A DNA stretch of 64,000 bases from Patescibacteria group bacterium (GTDB lineage Bacteria; Patescibacteriota; Microgenomatia; Curtissbacterales; GWA2-41-24): positions 13,321 to 77,320 of the forward strand of contig JBBTUN010000002.1 of assembly GCA_038063735.1 (NCBI GenBank), given 5' to 3'. A program made the position numbers and the translations under genes. Below are positions 1 to 7,633 of this stretch, piece after piece; positions within the stretch are counted from its first letter, which is position 1; each line of letters begins with the position of its first letter. The notes under the pieces were generated by a model that was not told where the DNA came from, ran no database searches, and saw only the letters and a program-made list of their open reading frames with translations.

Positions 1-252
1 GCACTGGAGCTGAAGCGCGCCGGGATTATTGCGTCCCGTGAAGGTGCAGGCGGTGGTTACTCTCTGGCAAAAGCGGCAAATGAAATTAAAATTCTGGATG
101 TTTTGACAGTTTTGGATGGAGGTTTGGTTAAAGGTGAGTGTTTTGAAGACGACCATGAATGTAAGTGTGGGGCAAAAGGTATGTGGGGAGATATGAAAAA
201 ACAAATGGAGAAGACAATCGGCAAAAAAACAGTGGCTGATTTGGTGGCCTAA
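1..252 (+). CDS. Rrf2/IscR-family transcriptional regulator, C-terminal part (5' end outside window)
   Basis: Frame-1 translation ALELKRAGIIASREGAGGGYSLAKAANEIKILDVL...CFEDDHECKCG matches the Rrf2 wing-helix and C-terminal Cys cluster; sits directly upstream of suf genes. Confidence 0.55.
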   Translation, partial: ALELKRAGIIASREGAGGGYSLAKAANEIKILDVLTVLDGGLVKGECFEDDHECKCGAKGMWGDMKKQMEKTIGKKTVADLVA

Positions 253-253
253 C

Positions 254-556
254 ATGGATGAGAGAAAAGACCCTGTAAATGAGGTTCTCGGATATTTAGT
301 TAATCATGCCGACCCTGTAGAAGGTTCAATTCCAGATTTGGTATCTGACGCAACATGGGTAAATGAATTTATGGCTATAAGGGTAACTGCCCATGGTTTT
401 GGAGTGAAATTTGCTTGTAATTCTATGGCTGAAGAGGTTTATCTCGCAATTCGGAATGATCGTAAAGAAAATCCAGATGCAATGTATTACTTGTATAAAC
501 CAGTGATTCAAGGCCAACCCAGAGAAGGATTATTAATAGGCGGGTTGCTTAAATGA
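254..556 (+). CDS. hypothetical protein
   Basis: 100-aa ORF packed between flanking genes; no recognisable motif. Confidence 0.3.
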   Translation: MDERKDPVNEVLGYLVNHADPVEGSIPDLVSDATWVNEFMAIRVTAHGFGVKFACNSMAEEVYLAIRNDRKENPDAMYYLYKPVIQGQPREGLLIGGLLK

Positions 557-975
557 AATACTGGATTTTAGTCACGCATCCAAACAACTTTAAACTAATG
601 AAGGCCAAGAATATGGCGGCGATGAAGGCGAAGAGAAAAAGTTTTGCTCTCGCAGTTGAGCCGGGGGACAAAGTTGTTTTCTATTTGACTAAAATTGGCA
701 AATTTGGGGGAACAGCGGAGTTTACAACAAGAGCCAGAAACGAAAGTTCAAAAATATTTACGGAGGAAAAGCCCGGTGAAGTCCATCCCTGGAGGTTTGA
801 CGTGAAGTTTGAGAAAAAGCTGGACGAGGCGGATTATGTGCCGTCGGAAAAGTTTAAAGACAAACTTGTTTATCTTAAAAAATGGCCGGCAAAGTACTGG
901 AAACTGGGTTTTCAGGGAAATGTGCACGAAATTGGCCGTGATGATTTTGAGACTTTAAAGAAGGGATTGGGTTAA
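553..975 (+). CDS. hypothetical protein (possibly EVE/PUA-like)
   Basis: 140-aa ORF overlapping the upstream stop by 4 nt; N-terminus MKYWILVTHPNNF weakly resembles EVE-domain starts. Confidence 0.35.
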   Translation: MKYWILVTHPNNFKLMKAKNMAAMKAKRKSFALAVEPGDKVVFYLTKIGKFGGTAEFTTRARNESSKIFTEEKPGEVHPWRFDVKFEKKLDEADYVPSEKFKDKLVYLKKWPAKYWKLGFQGNVHEIGRDDFETLKKGLG

Positions 976-1223
976 TGGTAAAAGAAGACGGAAGAAGTTT
1001 TGGTATTAAGCCGGCATTAGAGTTTGTCAGAAGTAGATTAGGAAAGGCAAATCCAGTTGCGGCTTCTGTTGAAGGGCCGGAGTTGACGGAAGAAGAGCAA
1101 AGGGAACTTTGTCTCTCGGGAATTCCGGGGACAGCTGCGCATGCCAGGGCAGCGCAAAAACTTGTGGATTCTTTCGATCAGGTTGAATTACATAGAAAGA
1201 GGAGAAAGAAAGGAGGGAAATAG
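975..1223 (+). CDS. hypothetical basic protein
   Basis: 82-aa ORF, start overlaps the previous stop. Confidence 0.3.
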   Translation: MVKEDGRSFGIKPALEFVRSRLGKANPVAASVEGPELTEEEQRELCLSGIPGTAAHARAAQKLVDSFDQVELHRKRRKKGGK

Positions 1224-1226
1224 TAT

Positions 1227-1451
1227 ATGAACAATGGAAGAGCCAAAATGATAAGGGATCAGGCTGCAAGGAGGATGGCTGTTTTTGAGGAGGCACGAGG
1301 ATGGAGGCAGCAGGGCGTGGATTTGCAAAACAAAGGAGAAGTAGTACATGGACATTATGGTCCGTTGGTGCCGAAACGTCGCCCAGTTTCTGTTGAGGGT
1401 ACGGTTTCAAGAATTCCTGACGAGTTAAAACCTTCACAGAGGGAGAGATAA
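1227..1451 (+). CDS. hypothetical small protein
   Basis: 74-aa ORF with upstream GGAGG-like site (aaaggagggaaatagtatATG). Confidence 0.25.
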   Translation: MNNGRAKMIRDQAARRMAVFEEARGWRQQGVDLQNKGEVVHGHYGPLVPKRRPVSVEGTVSRIPDELKPSQRER

Positions 1452-1676
1452 ATGGAAAGAAGATTGCCAAAACCTGTCGAGGTGGGGAGGTTTGCCAGAA
1501 AACAAGCTACCAGTATTTCGGTGGTGGTTGGAAGTAGTGGGTTGGTTACGACTACATTTATGTCGGGACGAGTAGACACTTTGATAGGTGTTGTGGGAGG
1601 AATGGCTGCAGGTTATGTTGCGCATCGGATTATTACGCACCCAAAAGGTAGTAGAAATGAACTTAAAGATAAATAA
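1452..1676 (+). CDS. hypothetical small membrane protein
   Basis: 74-aa ORF with a hydrophobic stretch; overlaps the chosen sufC start by about 20 nt. Confidence 0.25.
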   Translation: MERRLPKPVEVGRFARKQATSISVVVGSSGLVTTTFMSGRVDTLIGVVGGMAAGYVAHRIITHPKGSRNELKDK

Positions 1677-2547
1677 ATTAAAGGTTAAAGTTGGGGGCCC
1701 ATCCTTCGCTTCATCCTACGCTAAGGCTACGGATGACAAGAAAGCTATGGAGGGCAAGGAAATTTTAAAAGGTGTTGACCTGGAGGTTGGTGCCGGTGAA
1801 GTCCATGTGGTGATGGGGCCGAATGGGAGTGGAAAAAGTACGCTGGCGCAGGTGATAGCAGGGAACCCAATGTACAAAGTTCACAGTGGACAGATCACGG
1901 TTGACGGTAAAAACATAATTAAATTAAGTCCGGATAAAAGGGCGAAGCTGGGGATATTTTTGGGTTTCCAGAACCCGATTGAAATTCCGGGCGTTAGTGT
2001 TTTCAACGTAATTAGGAAGGCAAGTCAATCTCAAGTGGGTCCTGCCAGTAGTTTCCCTCCCGTCAGTGCTCAATTGAAAACAAAATCCGTGCGTAATGGT
2101 AAATCGAGTGTCAATCTGCGCGCTGCCGGAAGCCCTTCCACTACTGTCACCCAGTTTCGTCAAGATCTTTTAAAATATGCATCTTCTTTAAAATTATCAT
2201 CCGATCATCTTTCCAGATCTTTTAATGAAGGGTTTTCCGGTGGGGAAAAAAAGAGAAATGAGATTTTGCAGATGCTGGCACTGTCGCCAAAACTTGTAAT
2301 TTTGGATGAGATAGATAGTGGGTTGGATGTGGATGGATTGAAGCTGGTAGCCGGTGCTATCAAGAAATTCTCAATTCTCAATTCTCAATCCTCAATTATC
2401 CTTATTACCCACTATGCCCGCATCCTTAAATACATCAAGGCAGATTTTGTGCATGTGATGACTGATGGGAAAATTGTTAAATCCGGAAAGCAAAAATTGG
2501 CAACGGAAATTGAGGAGAAAGGATACCAGTTCGTTAATAGTTTATAG
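1657..2547 (+). CDS. sufC: Fe-S cluster assembly ATPase SufC, with two in-frame repeat insertions
   Basis: Walker A GPNGSGKST, ABC signature FSGGEKKR, Walker B LVILDEIDSGLD and C-terminal IILITHYARIL...GYQF, typical of SufC. Start chosen at MNLKINKLKV (SufC-like MLxIxNLHV); the ORF-track start at 1588 looks like an upstream extension. Extra segments at about 1692-1739 and 2030-2160 are absent from canonical SufC. Confidence 0.85.
   Translation: MNLKINKLKVKVGGPSFASSYAKATDDKKAMEGKEILKGVDLEVGAGEVHVVMGPNGSGKSTLAQVIAGNPMYKVHSGQITVDGKNIIKLSPDKRAKLGIFLGFQNPIEIPGVSVFNVIRKASQSQVGPASSFPPVSAQLKTKSVRNGKSSVNLRAAGSPSTTVTQFRQDLLKYASSLKLSSDHLSRSFNEGFSGGEKKRNEILQMLALSPKLVILDEIDSGLDVDGLKLVAGAIKKFSILNSQSSIILITHYARILKYIKADFVHVMTDGKIVKSGKQKLATEIEEKGYQFVNSL
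1692..1739 (+). repeat. family-B in-frame element (encodes GGPSFASSYAKATDDKK) in sufC
   Basis: gggggcccatccttcgcttcatcctacgctaaggctacggatgacaag; related to 7667-7702 and 55275-55350. Confidence 0.6.
2113..2155 (+). repeat. family-A in-frame element (encodes NLRAAGSPSTTVTQ) in sufC
   Basis: aatctgcgcgctgccggaagcccttccactactgtcacccag; about 80% identical to 50494-50540. Confidence 0.7.
2375..2400 (+). repeat. CTCAATT/CTCAATC tandem tract in sufC (encodes FSILNSQSSII)
   Basis: ctcaattctcaattctcaatcctcaatt. Confidence 0.6.
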
Positions 2548-2600
2548 TTCATGGTTCATAGTATGCGATTAACGATTAACAATTTACGATTAACGAATAA
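2532..2600. repeat. family-D fragment plus (CGATTAACGA)-like tandem at the sufC 3' end
   Basis: gttaatagtttatagttcatggttcatagtatg is the reverse complement of the tatgaaccatgaac core of 40879-40945; then gcgattaacgattaacaatttacgattaacga. Confidence 0.5.
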
Positions 2601-2625
2601 AAATCTGTCCAGAAAGGAGGCATAA

Positions 2626-3093
2626 ATGGAAAAACATTGGCGCAGATTAATTGGAAAGCCGGATATGGATCCAAAGCGAGCTTTACAGATGGCAGACGAG
2701 TTATCTCAACCTTTGGATTTGGTGCAAATGTTGGTTCAAGGATATGCAGAACATGGCCCCGAAAGCACTCGGAAGTTATGCCGGAAATTTTTGGAGCACC
2801 GTGAGAATGATAGAGTGGGTTTAATTGCTTTTCCTCATGAAACATTACAAAGACCGATCGCAATTAGCAATGAAGAAATTGTAGGAAAAAGAAAGTTTAT
2901 GTTGATGGTTTCACCACTACTACACCAACAAATGTGCAGTCCAGACACCAGCCTCGAAGTTGAAAAACAGGTGCTTAGAGCAGTGAAGGCTTTAGTTGAA
3001 GAGATTGATGAATCTTTACAAAAAGGTGATGAAATAATGACAAGTGCTGAATATGACGAACTTATCAGATTGAGTAGACAATCAAGAAACTAA
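2626..3093 (+). CDS. hypothetical protein between sufC and sufB
   Basis: 155-aa ORF with strong RBS (aaaggaggcataaATG); no known motif. Confidence 0.45.
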   Translation: MEKHWRRLIGKPDMDPKRALQMADELSQPLDLVQMLVQGYAEHGPESTRKLCRKFLEHRENDRVGLIAFPHETLQRPIAISNEEIVGKRKFMLMVSPLLHQQMCSPDTSLEVEKQVLRAVKALVEEIDESLQKGDEIMTSAEYDELIRLSRQSRN

Positions 3094-3094
3094 T

Positions 3095-4486
3095 ATGAAC
3101 GATGTCCAGGTAACTGATTACAAATACGGTTTTTCCAAGCCGGAGAATTATGTTTTTAAATCCAAACGTGGTTTGGATGTTGGTGTGGTGGAAGAAATTT
3201 CTTCTATGAAGGGTGAACCTGTGTGGATGAGGGATTTGCGCATAAAAGCATTGGGTATTTTTGAAAAAAAGAAAATGCCGAGTTGGGGTGCGGATTTGTC
3301 TTCCATTGACTTTGACAACATTTTCTACTACATAAAGCCCACAGATAACCAAAAAACAGATTGGCGGGATCTGCCCAAAGAAATTAAAGATACTTATGAC
3401 GCAATCGGAATTCCGGAGGCGGAGCGGAATCTACTAGCGGGGGTTACTGCTCAATATGAAAGTGAGGCGGTTTACCATTCTTTCCAGAAAAAATGGGAAG
3501 ACATGGGCGTTATTTTTTGCGATATGGATACAGCGCTAAAAAAATATCCGGATATTGTCAAATCTTATTTCGGAAGAAGCATTCCGGCAGCCGACAATAA
3601 ATTTGCAGCCTTAAATTCTGCGGTTTGGTCTGGCGGTTCTTTTATCTACGTGCCTCCCGGGATAAAAGTCGATATTCCACTGCAAGCGTATTTTAGGATT
3701 AATGCTGCCAACATGGGGCAGTTTGAAAGGACGCTGATTATTGTGGACGAAGGCGCGTATGTACATTATGTCGAAGGTTGCACGGCGCCGGTTTATTCAA
3801 CGGATTCGCTGCATGCTGCGGTTGTTGAGATTTTTGTCAAAAAGGGCGCGAGGTGCAGGTATACAACTATCCAAAATTGGAGCAATAACGTTTACAACCT
3901 TGTGACCAAGCGGGCGTTTGTAGAAGAAGATGGCGTAATGGAATGGGTGGACGGTAATTTGGGAAGTAAGATTACCATGAAATATCCGAGCTGTTATTTG
4001 GTTGGGCGAGGTGCGCGGGGAGAAATTTTGTCTTTGGCACTGGCGGGGTCTGGCCAACACCAGGATGCGGGCGGAAAGTTAGTTTTTTTGGCGCCGGATA
4101 CAAGCGGGGAGATTATTTCCAAGTCAGTTAGTGTTGGAACGGGTAGGACTTCTTATCGCGGTTTGGTTAAAATAATCAAAAATGCGCAGAGGGTGAAGTG
4201 CAATGTGCGCTGTGATGCGCTGGTTATTGATGAGGAAAGTCGATCGGACACGTATCCGACAATGGAAGTTGCGGAGGATAATGTGCAGATTGGGCACGAG
4301 GCGAGTGTTTCGCGAATTGGCGAGGAGCAACTTTTCTATTTGATGAGTAGAGGTTTAACGGAGGTTGAGGCAACGTCTCTTATAGTAAATGGCTTCATCG
4401 AGCCGATTGTTAAAGAATTGCCGCTTGAATATGCAGTGGAGTTGAATCGGTTGATAAATTTAAGTATGGAAGGAGCGGTAGGATAA
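3095..4486 (+). CDS. sufB: Fe-S cluster assembly protein SufB
   Basis: 463 aa; C-terminal ...RGLVKI..N.....C..C.ALVID.....TYP..EV......[28 protein letters not shown] is characteristic of SufB. Confidence 0.9.
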   Translation: MNDVQVTDYKYGFSKPENYVFKSKRGLDVGVVEEISSMKGEPVWMRDLRIKALGIFEKKKMPSWGADLSSIDFDNIFYYIKPTDNQKTDWRDLPKEIKDTYDAIGIPEAERNLLAGVTAQYESEAVYHSFQKKWEDMGVIFCDMDTALKKYPDIVKSYFGRSIPAADNKFAALNSAVWSGGSFIYVPPGIKVDIPLQAYFRINAANMGQFERTLIIVDEGAYVHYVEGCTAPVYSTDSLHAAVVEIFVKKGARCRYTTIQNWSNNVYNLVTKRAFVEEDGVMEWVDGNLGSKITMKYPSCYLVGRGARGEILSLALAGSGQHQDAGGKLVFLAPDTSGEIISKSVSVGTGRTSYRGLVKIIKNAQRVKCNVRCDALVIDEESRSDTYPTMEVAEDNVQIGHEASVSRIGEEQLFYLMSRGLTEVEATSLIVNGFIEPIVKELPLEYAVELNRLINLSMEGAVG

Positions 4487-4487
4487 T

Positions 4488-4907
4488 ATGGAAACTGAAA
4501 GACCAAGAAACGTAATAAATTTTAAAGAATCAGTTAGAATTCTCAAAAAGCGGCAGGTGAGAAAGAGGGTTAACTTTGATTTACATAGGACGGTGAAATT
4601 ACATGCGTTTTTAAGTGATCGATTGGGTGATGAACATGAACTGACTAGCACCTTCATGCCCCCAAAGTCACTAAAACCAAGATTTGATTTGCTAGTCACG
4701 AGACGAGGAATAGATCAGATTGCCAGGATGTTACTTGATGAACAAGATGCCAATGTCAGGAAATCTGTTGGAGAATCTTTGATCGGGTTGGATTATGCAT
4801 TTACCGGGGTCAGTGGATATCCGTGGGGTAATGTTGCATACGAAGCATTTATTGCAGAACACTATGAAGATATTAGTAGGCAAGAGGCTTTAGATATTGT
4901 TCAATGA
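4488..4907 (+). CDS. hypothetical protein (cassette 1 between sufB and sufD)
   Basis: 139-aa ORF starting 1 nt after the sufB stop; followed by repeat copy R1. Confidence 0.45.
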   Translation: METERPRNVINFKESVRILKKRQVRKRVNFDLHRTVKLHAFLSDRLGDEHELTSTFMPPKSLKPRFDLLVTRRGIDQIARMLLDEQDANVRKSVGESLIGLDYAFTGVSGYPWGNVAYEAFIAEHYEDISRQEALDIVQ

Positions 4908-4950
4908 ACCATATTATTTTACAAAAAGACGAAAAGAGGTTAAATGGGGG
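4903..4950 (+). repeat. direct repeat R1 (copy of the sufD 5' leader)
   Basis: caATGAACCATATTATTTTACAAAAAGACGAAAAGAGGTTaaatggggg; 40/40 identical to R3 over the core. Confidence 0.8.
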
Positions 4951-5363
4951 CTGAAGATTTGATCGCTCAAGCGGAGAGAGCTGCATACCATGAAGACTAC
5001 CGGAATTTCCGAGTTCGATTAGAGACTGAAACGTTTTTGGCAGTACATGGTTTATTAAAAGTCGATAAAATTTTAGAAGAAACTGATCTTCATAACAGAC
5101 AATTGTCTTTAGGAGAAGGACTTTTTACTATGCTGGCAGACAGGTTTAGAGACGCAATGCGCAAGGCGGAAGATCATGGTACGGAAACAATTGAAGTCGA
5201 TTTAAGCTACAGGGAATTGAATACGTTAGGAGATGTAGCAGTAGTCAAGGGAAATGCTGCTTTGGCACCTTATGTCTTAAACTTGAATGGGGCGTTTGTT
5301 GCTGCGGGTGGGCGCGATAATCAAAGACTGAGAGCGTATTTTGAAATGCTTACAGGGATATGA
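4944..5363 (+). CDS. hypothetical protein (cassette 2)
   Basis: 139-aa ORF; its start ATGGGGG lies immediately after repeat copy R1, which carries the RBS AAGAGG. Confidence 0.45.
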   Translation: MGAEDLIAQAERAAYHEDYRNFRVRLETETFLAVHGLLKVDKILEETDLHNRQLSLGEGLFTMLADRFRDAMRKAEDHGTETIEVDLSYRELNTLGDVAVVKGNAALAPYVLNLNGAFVAAGGRDNQRLRAYFEMLTGI

Positions 5364-5390
5364 ACCAGATTATTTTACAAAAAGACGGAC
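5361..5390 (+). repeat. direct repeat R2 (degenerate copy)
   Basis: tgaaccagattattttacaaaaagacggac. Confidence 0.7.
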
Positions 5391-5429
5391 TTAAATTCGG
5401 GTCTTTGGCTCGGAGGGGAGGATGGTAGG

Positions 5430-5990
5430 ATGAACGAGATTTTAGCGACCGCTGACTTTACAGACGAGGTTTTTGATGATGTTTATTTAAATTATTTATC
5501 GGATGCGGCGATTGCACATTTGGTGTTTGGTGTCGAAAGCGTATTAAGGTTAAATCAAGAAGCAGAGCCTAGGCTTGATTTTAACTTAAAACCAGCTCAT
5601 CCACTATTTGAGTATGACATTATGAGTAAATCTAGGCCGGATTGGCAGGATTGGAAACAAGTGCTTTTGCATCACGAAAGTTATAGTCAAATTTCCAAGT
5701 CGATGGAAGAAACCATTGGTTCTCCACCATATGCTTTTGGTTATTTAAAAGGAAAATTGCTTTTGTTAACTGCGAAAGATGCGGATACGATTAAATATGG
5801 CACGAGTTTATTTTGGGCATACTTAGATGGTGATTGTGAAGTTTCGGAAGACGGGGAATATATAAAAAGACTGATGCAACTATCGAGGGGAGTTTCTCCG
5901 GAATTTCATTATAGGCATGATATTCCTGTAGAAGACAAACAAGGTGGGGGAAAGTGGAGATCATTACTAAGAAGGATCAAAGGTAGCTAA
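5430..5990 (+). CDS. hypothetical protein (cassette 3)
   Basis: 186-aa ORF, RBS ggaggggaggatggtaggATG; followed by repeat copy R3. Confidence 0.45.
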   Translation: MNEILATADFTDEVFDDVYLNYLSDAAIAHLVFGVESVLRLNQEAEPRLDFNLKPAHPLFEYDIMSKSRPDWQDWKQVLLHHESYSQISKSMEETIGSPPYAFGYLKGKLLLLTAKDADTIKYGTSLFWAYLDGDCEVSEDGEYIKRLMQLSRGVSPEFHYRHDIPVEDKQGGGKWRSLLRRIKGS

Positions 5991-6044
5991 TCAATGAACC
6001 ATATTATTTTACAAAAAGACGAAAAGAGGTTGATTGGGATAATG
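5991..6044 (+). repeat. direct repeat R3 (sufD 5' leader)
   Basis: caatgaaccatattattttacaaaaagacgaaaagaggttgattgggataATG. Confidence 0.8.
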
Positions 6045-6614
6045 CTAGGAGACGATAAACCCGGTCATCCTGAACTTGGTTCAGAATCTAGATCCCGAAA
6101 CCCTTCGACTTCGCTCAGGGCGAGCAAGTTCGGGATGACAGAAGGGCGATTGGATGTTGTTCTTGCCGGAGAAAATTCGGAAATTGAGGTTGTAGGATTA
6201 CTAATGGCCAAAGGCGAAAGCCAAACGGCGCTGGAAGTTTACATAACCCACGTGGGGGAAAACACGAAATCAAAGGTTAATGTTAGGGCGGTTTTGCGGG
6301 GAAAATCAACGTTTGCATTTCGGGGGAATGTCAAAATAGAAAAAGGTGCAAAGGGTGCGGATGCATATTTGCGGAGTGATGCGCTTTTGTTTGACGATGC
6401 CAAAATGGGCGACGATACGCCGGCACTGGAGATTTTAGAGAGGGATGTAAAAGCCGGGCATGCGGCGACGATTGGAAAAGTGGATGAGCAAATGTTGTTT
6501 TATTTAATGAGCAGGGGAATTACAAGGAAACAAGCGGAAAAGCTGTTAATTCAGGGATTTGTGGAGCTAATACGATCAAAGCTTAACGACGAACGACTAA
6601 GGACAAAAGCATGA
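6042..6614 (+). CDS. sufD: SufD-like protein, short form (C-terminal SufBD domain only)
   Basis: C-terminal ...[36 protein letters not shown] matches the SufB/SufD C-terminus. Start placed at the ATG following GAGG in the repeat leader; the ORF track starts at 5994 inside the repeat. Carries an in-frame family-C element at 6065-6140. Confidence 0.6.
   Translation: MLGDDKPGHPELGSESRSRNPSTSLRASKFGMTEGRLDVVLAGENSEIEVVGLLMAKGESQTALEVYITHVGENTKSKVNVRAVLRGKSTFAFRGNVKIEKGAKGADAYLRSDALLFDDAKMGDDTPALEILERDVKAGHAATIGKVDEQMLFYLMSRGITRKQAEKLLIQGFVELIRSKLNDERLRTKA
6065..6140 (+). repeat. family-C double-hairpin element with a nested family-B-like core, in-frame in sufD
   Basis: catcctgaacttggttcagaatctagatcccgaaac[ccttcgacttcgctcagggcgagc]aagttcgggatgac; compare 9021-9075. 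Confidence 0.6.
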
Positions 6615-6979
6615 GCGGGAAAGGATATTTTAGATTTGAAAAACTTGATGTTTGGATTGATGCAAGACAGTTTGTATCTTTAATATACAAAGTCACAGAA
6701 GATTTCCCTGCAAAGGAGAGATTCGGATTAATCGATCAGATTAGAAGAGCAGCAGTTTCGATTGCTTTAAACATTGCGGAAGGTTCGACTAAAAATTCTG
6801 ACCCGGATTTTAGAAGGTTCTTGAGAATGTCTCAAGGTTCTGTGAATGAAGTTGTTACAGCACTTTATATTGCTTTGGATCAAAAGTTTATTAAAGAGGG
6901 AAAATTTGATGAACTATATGAATTTACATTAAGGTTAAATGCAAGGCTAAATGCACTAATAAAAAGCATTAGTCATTAG
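6611..6979 (+). CDS. four-helix-bundle protein (23S rRNA intervening-sequence protein family)
   Basis: FEKLDVW..A..F...IYK.T..FP..E.FGL..QIRRAA.SI..NIAEG is the signature of this family. Confidence 0.7.
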   Translation: MSGKGYFRFEKLDVWIDARQFVSLIYKVTEDFPAKERFGLIDQIRRAAVSIALNIAEGSTKNSDPDFRRFLRMSQGSVNEVVTALYIALDQKFIKEGKFDELYEFTLRLNARLNALIKSISH

Positions 6980-7016
6980 TCTTTTGTCTTTAGACATCCG
7001 ACGAAAGGAGGATTAT

Positions 7017-7328
7017 ATGAAAGTAAAAGTCGCTAAAAAGTCTGATATTGCTAAAGGGAAGGTGATTCCTGTTAAAGTTGGTGGCGAGGAAGTTGCGATT
7101 TATCACACAGAAAGCGATGAGTGGTTTGCGACTTCCGACATTTGCACACACGAAGCGTGCAATTTGAGCTATGAGGGTGGAAAACTGCAAGGGTATGAGA
7201 CGGAATGCGATTGTCACGGTTCCAAATTTGATATCAGAACCGGTGCGGTTACATTGCCGCCGGCATTTGAACCGCTAAAGACTTTCAAAGTTGAAACCCA
7301 AGGAGAGGATATATTAGTTGAAGATTAA
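7017..7328 (+). CDS. Rieske [2Fe-2S] ferredoxin-like protein
   Basis: CTHEAC...(17 aa)...CDCHGSKF matches CxH...CxxH Rieske ligands; RBS aaaggaggattatATG. Confidence 0.75.
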   Translation: MKVKVAKKSDIAKGKVIPVKVGGEEVAIYHTESDEWFATSDICTHEACNLSYEGGKLQGYETECDCHGSKFDIRTGAVTLPPAFEPLKTFKVETQGEDILVED

Positions 7329-7633
7329 TGGATAGAGAGCGTTTTTCAAGAGGAAAACTTAAAAAAGATTTTGTAAATATTGTGTCTGGTAGACTCAAAA
7401 GATTATTTTCCATGGAGGAATGGGATAGTATCATGGGTCATTTGAAAACCGATCGTGCTGTAGTTGTGCGTTTCCATTCAGATTCGGAAAAGAATGTCAT
7501 GTGGGGTTTATATTCGTCAAAGGGCAGGACTGAGCGTTTTTCCCAGCAATATGTCCTGGGAGGCGACCGACCAGAAGAGTTTGGAAATTATCCGGTTATT
7601 AATAAGGAATTGGGAGTTGTAGATGAATCGTAG
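7328..7633 (+). CDS. hypothetical protein
   Basis: 101-aa ORF packed between the Rieske gene and sufS. Confidence 0.35.
   Translation: MDRERFSRGKLKKDFVNIVSGRLKRLFSMEEWDSIMGHLKTDRAVVVRFHSDSEKNVMWGLYSSKGRTERFSQQYVLGGDRPEEFGNYPVINKELGVVDES

Noticed and set aside
1588-1656. Upstream extension of sufC proposed by the ORF track (start at 1588)
   Set aside because: The canonical SufC N-terminus (M..I.NL.V) begins at the Met of MNLKINKLKV at 1657; the extension has no homology and overlaps the preceding small ORF.
4905-5363. UGA recoding (Gracilibacteria-type genetic code)
   Set aside because: TGA terminates many well-delimited genes immediately followed by RBS plus start of the next gene (for example at 4905-4907 and 5361-5363), and conserved proteins are full length with the standard code.
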